Shown here: positions 58,557 through 64,000 of the stretch, piece by piece | Layout: each line of letters opens with the position of its first letter | How positions within the stretch are numbered: the stretch's first letter is position 1 | Origin: a virus | Reading direction: 5' to 3' (one strand) | IMG/VR virus record: IMGVR_UViG_3300042557_000098 | Length of the DNA stretch: 64,000 nt | Made by a program: the position numbers and the translations under genes | Notes under the pieces: model-generated | What the model saw: the letters and a program-made list of their open reading frames with translations, nothing else | Told to the model about the DNA's origin: nothing | Database searches by the model: none

Positions 58557-60509
58557 ATGAATATACTCATCTATGATATTGAGACAATGCAGGAGTTATT
58601 CCTCATTGGCATATATAATCCTGAGAGCAAAACTTATACAGAGTTTGAAGTGAGTAAGGATAAGAACCAACTAGATGGGTATATGAGGTTTATTGAACAA
58701 TACCCTGAATACTATTGGGTTGGTTATAACAACTTACGCTTTGACTCTCAAGTGATTGAGTGGATCTTACGTAACTATGACAATTGGCATGAGCTCACAG
58801 CTCTTGAGACAGCTGCTAAGATAGCACAAAAAGCTGCTGATATTATCCATGATGCTAACTACGATGTATTCCCTGAATACAGAGAAGAATGGCTCACACT
58901 TAAGCAGATAGATGTATTCAGAGTGAATCATTATGATAACAAGAACAGAATGGTCTCACTGAAACGACTAGAGTTTGAGATGGATCTAGAGAACATTGAA
59001 GAGATGCCTATTCATCATACAAAGACTAACATGACAGATGAAGACATTCAGCTGACTAAAGACTATTGTAAGAATGATGTTATGGCTACCTATGAGTTCT
59101 ACAAGGTAACGATAGGTCAAACTGAGCATCCATTGTATAAGGGTAATAATCAAATAGAGCTCAGACAAGACATTGAAGAAGAGTTTGGTATACCATGCTT
59201 AAACTATTCTGATAGTAAGATTGGTGATGAGATGATTAAGAAGTTTTATTGTCAAGAGAAGAACATATTATATTCTGATCTACCAAAGAAAGGCTTGTTT
59301 AGAACTGAAGTGAAAGTGAGACATTGTATTGCTGATTACATTACATTCCAGACACCAAAGCTACAACAGTTTTTAAAAGCAATTAGTAAAGAGAAACTAA
59401 CTATCAAAGATGAATTTAAAGAATCAGTAGAGTTTTATGACAACATATACACTTTTGCAAAGGGTGGCTTACATACAGAAAACAAGCCTAAGATATTTGA
59501 AGCTGATGCTGATCGTATTATTGTGGATTGGGATGTATCCAGTTACTATCCTGCTATCATTATTAATAATGGTAAATATCCTCATCATTTGGGCCCTGAG
59601 TTCCTTAGAGGATACAAAACTATGTTTGATAAACGATTGGAGCTCAAGCCTCTTGCTAAGAAGGATAAAAAGATTAAAGGTATTGTTGGAGCACTCAAAC
59701 TCGCAGTTAATTCAGTTTATGGTAAGTCTTCTGACATGCAGTCTTGGATCTATGACAGACAGCTCACAATGTTCACAACCATTACAGGAGAACTAAGTCT
59801 TCTCATGCTCATTGAAGCGTATGAACTAGCTGGTATACATGTTATATCTGCAAATACAGATGGAGTGACAATACTTGTAAAAAATGCAAGTTTTGATACT
59901 ATGACTGCTATTAATAAGTGGTGGATGGAGCTGACTAGCTATGAACTAGAGCGTACAGACTATTCTAAGATTATATTCTCAACAGTAAATGACTATCTAG
60001 CAATCAAAACAGATGGAGAAATCAAAAAGAAAGGTGACTTCCTTACAGACTTTGAGCTACACAAGAATAAGTCTGCCAGGATTGTACCTATTGCATTGGA
60101 GCAGTTTTTTGTTAATGATGTGCCTGTGGCTGATACCATTCGCAATCATACAAATATTTATGACTTTTGCCTCAGGCAGAAAGCTAGTAAAGACTTTCAC
60201 TATGAAGGCCATAGCAAAGAGACAAAGACAGTCTATAACAAGCTGATTAGATATTATGTATCTAATACAGGAGAGAAGCTACTGAAAGTGAAGAATGAGA
60301 ACTCAGATAGCACAGCTGTTGATGTGTCACAAGTGGAGGCAGGTGAATGGTTGATGACAGTATGTAATCATCTAACACCAGATCATCCTCTTGACAATAT
60401 CAATCATGCATATTATATTGAGCGTGCTGAACGCATAATACATAAGATACAACTAGAAGGTAAGAAAAGAAAAATTATTGTTAACCCTAATCAAATAAGC
60501 TTATTCTAA
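58557..60509 (+). CDS. 650-aa family-B DNA polymerase with 3'-5' proofreading exonuclease
   Basis: Exo I YDIET, Exo II YNNLRFDSQVI, Exo III YCKNDVMATYEFY, motif A DWDVSSYYPAII, motif B KLAVNSVYGKS, motif C ISANTDGV, all in canonical order. Confidence 0.9.
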   Translation: MNILIYDIETMQELFLIGIYNPESKTYTEFEVSKDKNQLDGYMRFIEQYPEYYWVGYNNLRFDSQVIEWILRNYDNWHELTALETAAKIAQKAADIIHDANYDVFPEYREEWLTLKQIDVFRVNHYDNKNRMVSLKRLEFEMDLENIEEMPIHHTKTNMTDEDIQLTKDYCKNDVMATYEFYKVTIGQTEHPLYKGNNQIELRQDIEEEFGIPCLNYSDSKIGDEMIKKFYCQEKNILYSDLPKKGLFRTEVKVRHCIADYITFQTPKLQQFLKAISKEKLTIKDEFKESVEFYDNIYTFAKGGLHTENKPKIFEADADRIIVDWDVSSYYPAIIINNGKYPHHLGPEFLRGYKTMFDKRLELKPLAKKDKKIKGIVGALKLAVNSVYGKSSDMQSWIYDRQLTMFTTITGELSLLMLIEAYELAGIHVISANTDGVTILVKNASFDTMTAINKWWMELTSYELERTDYSKIIFSTVNDYLAIKTDGEIKKKGDFLTDFELHKNKSARIVPIALEQFFVNDVPVADTIRNHTNIYDFCLRQKASKDFHYEGHSKETKTVYNKLIRYYVSNTGEKLLKVKNENSDSTAVDVSQVEAGEWLMTVCNHLTPDHPLDNINHAYYIERAERIIHKIQLEGKKRKIIVNPNQISLF

Positions 60510-60715
60510 TGGAATCAAAAAAGAAAGCAGAATATTTTATTGCAGTGTTCTCATTAGCAGTATTATCTGAAATGGGACATGAATTAGATATGGATAAAGT
60601 AACAGCAATAGCTAAAGAATCATCAATTATTGCAGTAAACGAAATATTACGTAATACAGATACACCATTTTGGCAAGAAGTAAAACAACATGTAAAAGAT
60701 GGCAAAGATCAATAG
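60509..60715 (+). CDS. 68-aa hypothetical protein (hydrophobic N-terminal segment)
   Basis: ATGA overlap with the polymerase stop. Confidence 0.5.
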   Translation: MESKKKAEYFIAVFSLAVLSEMGHELDMDKVTAIAKESSIIAVNEILRNTDTPFWQEVKQHVKDGKDQ

Positions 60716-60953
60716 AGAGAACATAGCTGACCACTTGGTAGACTATCAATTAGGAATGGTTGGTAAGTCTACACAAGAGGCATTTATGACTAGAGAATGG
60801 TATAGTAAATGGACCATGACACAAGAACAACATGATCAGTTCAAAGCTTATGCTATTCCCTTGTTAAAGAAGGTATTTAAAATAAACAAATCAAGAGCTG
60901 AAGGTGTGTTCGCATGGTTTGATTTACAATTTGGATTACGTATAAAAGATTAA
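60699..60953 (+). CDS. 84-aa hypothetical protein
   Basis: ORF with an ATG start. Confidence 0.5.
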   Translation: MAKINRENIADHLVDYQLGMVGKSTQEAFMTREWYSKWTMTQEQHDQFKAYAIPLLKKVFKINKSRAEGVFAWFDLQFGLRIKD

Positions 60954-60955
60954 CT

Positions 60956-61582
60956 ATGGATATTAGATTATTAAAAGTGTTTCCTCAGGCAATAATGTGC
61001 ATGACTATGGAAAGAGAGATTACACAACAAGAACTAGATTTTATAATGAGTCATCACAATGAGTTATTAGAAAACATGGGTAACAACTCGTCTGAGGATA
61101 TGCATATTCTTAGACATGAACCACTTGCTGAGCTTAGAAAGTTTGTACAAAAGTGTTTAGATATATACTTTTTAAATGTATATCAACCTAGAACACCAAA
61201 GCATGCTAGATTAACGCTCACACAGTCTTGGTTAAACTTTACTAAGACAGGTGAACATCATCATTTGCATTCACACCCAAACAGTGTTGTCAGTGGTTGT
61301 TTATACATATCAGCTAAAAAAGGCCACGATATGATAACCTTTCAGAAGAGAGACATACCTCATTTTCAAATAGAAACTGAGAAGACAAATGAGTTTAACT
61401 CTTTAGAAATGAGTGTGGCTGTTGGTACAAATGATATAGTTATGTTTCCATCAAATATGTTACACAGAGTGCCAGAGACAACAAACACTGACATGAGAAT
61501 AAGTCTTGCATTCAATTCTTTCTTTAGAGGTAAAATAGGTAATGTTGATTCAACTGGTGTTAACTATTTAGAAATTAATTAA
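60956..61582 (+). CDS. 208-aa 2OG-Fe(II) oxygenase superfamily protein (PF13759/TIGR02466-like)
   Basis: GEHHHLHSHPNSVVSGCLYI and NDIVMFPSNMLHRVPETTNTDMRISLAFNSF match the H.HP...SGVYY and LFPS.L.H.V.....RIS..FN signatures of that family. Confidence 0.6.
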   Translation: MDIRLLKVFPQAIMCMTMEREITQQELDFIMSHHNELLENMGNNSSEDMHILRHEPLAELRKFVQKCLDIYFLNVYQPRTPKHARLTLTQSWLNFTKTGEHHHLHSHPNSVVSGCLYISAKKGHDMITFQKRDIPHFQIETEKTNEFNSLEMSVAVGTNDIVMFPSNMLHRVPETTNTDMRISLAFNSFFRGKIGNVDSTGVNYLEIN

Positions 61583-61584
61583 TT

Positions 61585-61986
61585 ATGCGTATATATCCAT
61601 CAACAAAGATTTATATAGCTCAAAGCAAAATACATGGATTAGGTGTATTTGCAGACAGAGTCATAACAGAAGGAGAAATAATAGAAGAAACTCCTTTATT
61701 TGATATAGGAATGAATCCAGGTGAAGCTTCTTTCTGTGTATTACACTATAGATTCAATTGGCCCCATGATGCTGGAGACAGTTGGACTAAACAGGTTATA
61801 GCAGGAGGGTTTGGTTCATTTTACAATCATTCAGCTAATAATAATGCTGCATGGAGGTCTAATTTAGAAAAAGGCACATTTGAATTTGTTGCCTTAAGAC
61901 ATATAATAATGGATGAAGAAATCACTGTATGTTATGGTGGTGATAACTACTGGAACGATGGTAGGAACACTATTGAAGTAAAATAA
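61585..61986 (+). CDS. 133-aa minimal SET-domain protein lysine methyltransferase (vSET-like)
   Basis: HGLGVFADRVITEGEIIEE (GxG motif), GGFGSFYNHSANNNA (NHS motif) and MDEEITVCYGGDNYW (post-SET-like) line up with the Chlorella-virus vSET blocks GGYGVFARKSFEKGELVEE, LGFGAIFNHSKDPNA and IGEEITISYGDDYW. Confidence 0.8.
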   Translation: MRIYPSTKIYIAQSKIHGLGVFADRVITEGEIIEETPLFDIGMNPGEASFCVLHYRFNWPHDAGDSWTKQVIAGGFGSFYNHSANNNAAWRSNLEKGTFEFVALRHIIMDEEITVCYGGDNYWNDGRNTIEVK

Positions 61987-61997
61987 AACTAAAATTT

Positions 61998-62189
61998 ATG
62001 GCTTATTCAACATGTTGTGGGGCATACTCTCGTATGCCTGAGATAGACATTTGTCCTGAATGTAGGGATCATTGCGATTGGGAAGATGATGAGGAAGAAG
62101 ATGATGAACCATCTGACAATCAGATTAATAACAATCATAGAACAGAAGGAGGAATTTCATTTACATCACCTGCTTGGAATGGCAGATAA
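61998..62189 (+). CDS. 63-aa Cys-rich and acidic small protein (CCGAYSRMPEIDICPECRDHCDWEDDEEEDDE)
   Basis: ORF with an ATG start. Confidence 0.45.
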   Translation: MAYSTCCGAYSRMPEIDICPECRDHCDWEDDEEEDDEPSDNQINNNHRTEGGISFTSPAWNGR

Positions 62190-62200
62190 AATAAATAATC

Positions 62201-62758
62201 ATGGGAGCATGTCAATTTAAAGGAAGATATGGTGGTAAAACAGCAGAAGAAGCATATAATAGAGCTTGTGAAGAAGCTGAACTAGAGTATGGTCATCAAG
62301 ATGGATATAATGGTACAATTAGTACTACACATGGATTTAGAGATGAAACAGAGTTATATAATAAAAGTAAGTTCAATGATGTGTCTGTTTATATACGTCA
62401 TAGATTTGATAGTCACACTATGAACAAACGTGATTGTTCAGCTATATGCGTTGTAAAACCTGTAGGTAATAAGAACAAGACTAAGTCACAAGTGGAGCAC
62501 ATAGTTACACCAGGTACGAAGAAGTGGGTACTTAAATATGTTGTTCAACGTGGTGATCATGTTATTGGTTCATGGAATACAAAAGGTGATGCTGTAAAAG
62601 ATGCTCGTAAATATACAGAAAAGCACCAAGTACCTACATCAATAGTAATTAAAAAGTATTTAGAGAAAGGTGATAACTTAGTAGCTAAGATAACATACAA
62701 GAAATCACCAACAGAAAGAGATGGTGAGTGGATATTCTTTGGTTACGCAGCAGAATAA
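62201..62758 (+). CDS. 185-aa hypothetical protein
   Basis: ORF with an ATG start. Confidence 0.6.
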   Translation: MGACQFKGRYGGKTAEEAYNRACEEAELEYGHQDGYNGTISTTHGFRDETELYNKSKFNDVSVYIRHRFDSHTMNKRDCSAICVVKPVGNKNKTKSQVEHIVTPGTKKWVLKYVVQRGDHVIGSWNTKGDAVKDARKYTEKHQVPTSIVIKKYLEKGDNLVAKITYKKSPTERDGEWIFFGYAAE

Positions 62759-62760
62759 TT

Positions 62761-62976
62761 ATGAAACATAAACCAATGACAACCAGGGAGATATACAGAG
62801 GAGGAGCAAGACTACCCACAAAGAACATACTTAACACAACATTAGTTACACAGCTTGAGGTTGTAGAAGATGGTGTAGTTAAGTATTATAATTGGGATAA
62901 GAATGCCAAAGTGATAGCTTTGATAGAAGATACACATAAGACATTACGTATATACATTAATCATAAAAACAAATAA
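62761..62976 (+). CDS. 71-aa hypothetical protein, trimmed to the first ATG after the upstream stop
   Basis: The ORF-track start at 62728 overlaps the upstream gene. Confidence 0.45.
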   Translation: MKHKPMTTREIYRGGARLPTKNILNTTLVTQLEVVEDGVVKYYNWDKNAKVIALIEDTHKTLRIYINHKNK

Positions 62977-62977
62977 G

Positions 62978-63205
62978 ATGCCAGATATTTCATGTTGTAA
63001 AGGTGGTAGTTGTATGCTAAGACTAAATTGTCACAGATATACAGCAACTCCTGATGAGTTGGGACAATCATATTTTTCAGATCCCCCATATAAAGTGAAC
63101 ATGATGTTAGACGACAACATAAGTAGTCTAGGTGTTGTAACATTAAGTTGTGCTTATTTTTGGAACAATGACAGATATAAAAATGAACAAAAACCTACAA
63201 ATTAA
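62978..63205 (+). CDS. 75-aa Cys-rich hypothetical protein
   Basis: ORF with an ATG start. Confidence 0.45.
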   Translation: MPDISCCKGGSCMLRLNCHRYTATPDELGQSYFSDPPYKVNMMLDDNISSLGVVTLSCAYFWNNDRYKNEQKPTN

Positions 63206-63345
63206 TGATGATTGGGAGAGAGAATCTCTCAAAGATTTAGTATATTTGCAAGAGACACAACAGATACTTGAAGAGGAGTTTAGAAGAATAAAACTACCTG
63301 CTCAGATAGTAGTAATTGATAAAGACAACATACTAAACAGAGAAC

Positions 63346-63972
63346 ATGAACATCAAAGTAACCCCTTACCATTTTGAGCAACTACTCAAAGATGGATATA
63401 CATTAGACATGATATTTCTTCTCAAGCTTATTGATGAAGAATTTGATATCAAGACATTAGCAGAAGGAGGACCAAAGACAGACATGCTATGTCAAACCTT
63501 ACGCAGAAAAGGATTAGTGTCTGAACAATTTAAGATTACAGTCCTTGGTAGGAATCTATTGGAATTCATGAACACACGTGCTAAGACTAGCAAGATTGTA
63601 AAGAAAACACAAACCTTTGCTGAGTTTGAGAGATGGTGGGCTGCCTATCCAGGAACAGATATCTTTACACATAAAGGTAAAAGCTTCTCAGGTGGTAGAA
63701 CACTGCGTGTTTACAAAGATGACTGCCAACTAAAACTAGATGCTATCCTTGCTGAAGGAGAATACACAGTTGATCAGCTCATAGCAGCATTAGAATATGA
63801 AGTGTTACAGAAGAAAGAGAATTCTTTCAAGACAGGTACAAATAGATTAAGTTACATGCAAGGTAGTCTTACATATTTGAATCAACGCTCATTTCAAAAC
63901 TATATAGAGCTTATCAATCAGGGTGTGGTAATTAAAGAGGCTGACGAACCAATTAAAGGAATGGACATATGA
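63346..63972 (+). CDS. 208-aa hypothetical protein. A further ORF starts at 63969 (ATGA overlap) and runs off the window
   Basis: ORF with an ATG start. Confidence 0.6.
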   Translation: MNIKVTPYHFEQLLKDGYTLDMIFLLKLIDEEFDIKTLAEGGPKTDMLCQTLRRKGLVSEQFKITVLGRNLLEFMNTRAKTSKIVKKTQTFAEFERWWAAYPGTDIFTHKGKSFSGGRTLRVYKDDCQLKLDAILAEGEYTVDQLIAALEYEVLQKKENSFKTGTNRLSYMQGSLTYLNQRSFQNYIELINQGVVIKEADEPIKGMDI

Positions 63973-64000
63973 GTTTTGAAGATTTAAAACGAGAAGTTCA

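Noticed and set aside
1-64000. CRISPR arrays, integrase/recombinase, transposase, toxin-antitoxin or a holin-endolysin cassette.
   Set aside because: No regularly spaced direct repeats, no tyrosine/serine recombinase motifs and no transposase-like ORFs were seen. The only muralytic domain is embedded in a large virion protein. The window looks like a lytic-type phage core region.

Overview
The window reads as a large section of a low-GC, densely packed phage genome. Its layout resembles crAss-like (Crassvirales-type) podoviruses of Bacteroidota, but this rests on gene order and motifs only; no database search was possible.

The minus strand (about 54243 down to 1) carries one long morphogenesis operon, read in this order:
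- small DNA-binding and Zn-ribbon proteins
- terminase large subunit (Walker A/B)
- portal (862 aa)
- an SPFH/stomatin-like protein
- an acidic scaffold-like protein
- a 517-aa major capsid candidate
- a long tail module: tail-collar fibre; collagen-like fibre with a C-terminal S74 intramolecular chaperone; BNR/Asp-box propeller; a metallophosphoesterase; three small fibre-like proteins sharing one N-terminal module; an 1849-aa Thr-linker-rich protein
- a 1008-aa protein with an NlpC/P60-like cell-wall hydrolase domain
- three giant ORFs at the distal end (866 aa; 4145 aa; more than 1081 aa, running off the window).

The 4145-aa protein carries a zincin HExxH motif, long coiled coils and a DFDID motif. 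By position it is a candidate crAss-like virion RNA polymerase or ejected cargo protein. The truncated last ORF carries a RecB-family PD-(D/E)xK nuclease motif.

The plus strand (54556 to 64000) is an early/replication block. It has small genes separated by unusually long noncoding leaders with a recurring motif, then a compact 650-aa family-B DNA polymerase with all three exonuclease motifs. Immediately after the polymerase lie a PF13759-like 2OG-Fe(II) oxygenase and a vSET-like minimal SET-domain lysine methyltransferase, placed back to back.

The blocks diverge at a GC-rich, hairpin-rich intergenic region (54244..54555). Several intrinsic terminators and three Bacteroidetes-type promoter hits (TTTG-N19/20-TAnnTTT[G/A]) are visible. 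Many minus-strand genes are coupled by TAATG stop/start overlaps.

No tRNA, CRISPR array, integrase or transposase was found. The ORF track evidently also accepts TTG/GTG starts, so a few starts were trimmed to the nearest ATG.
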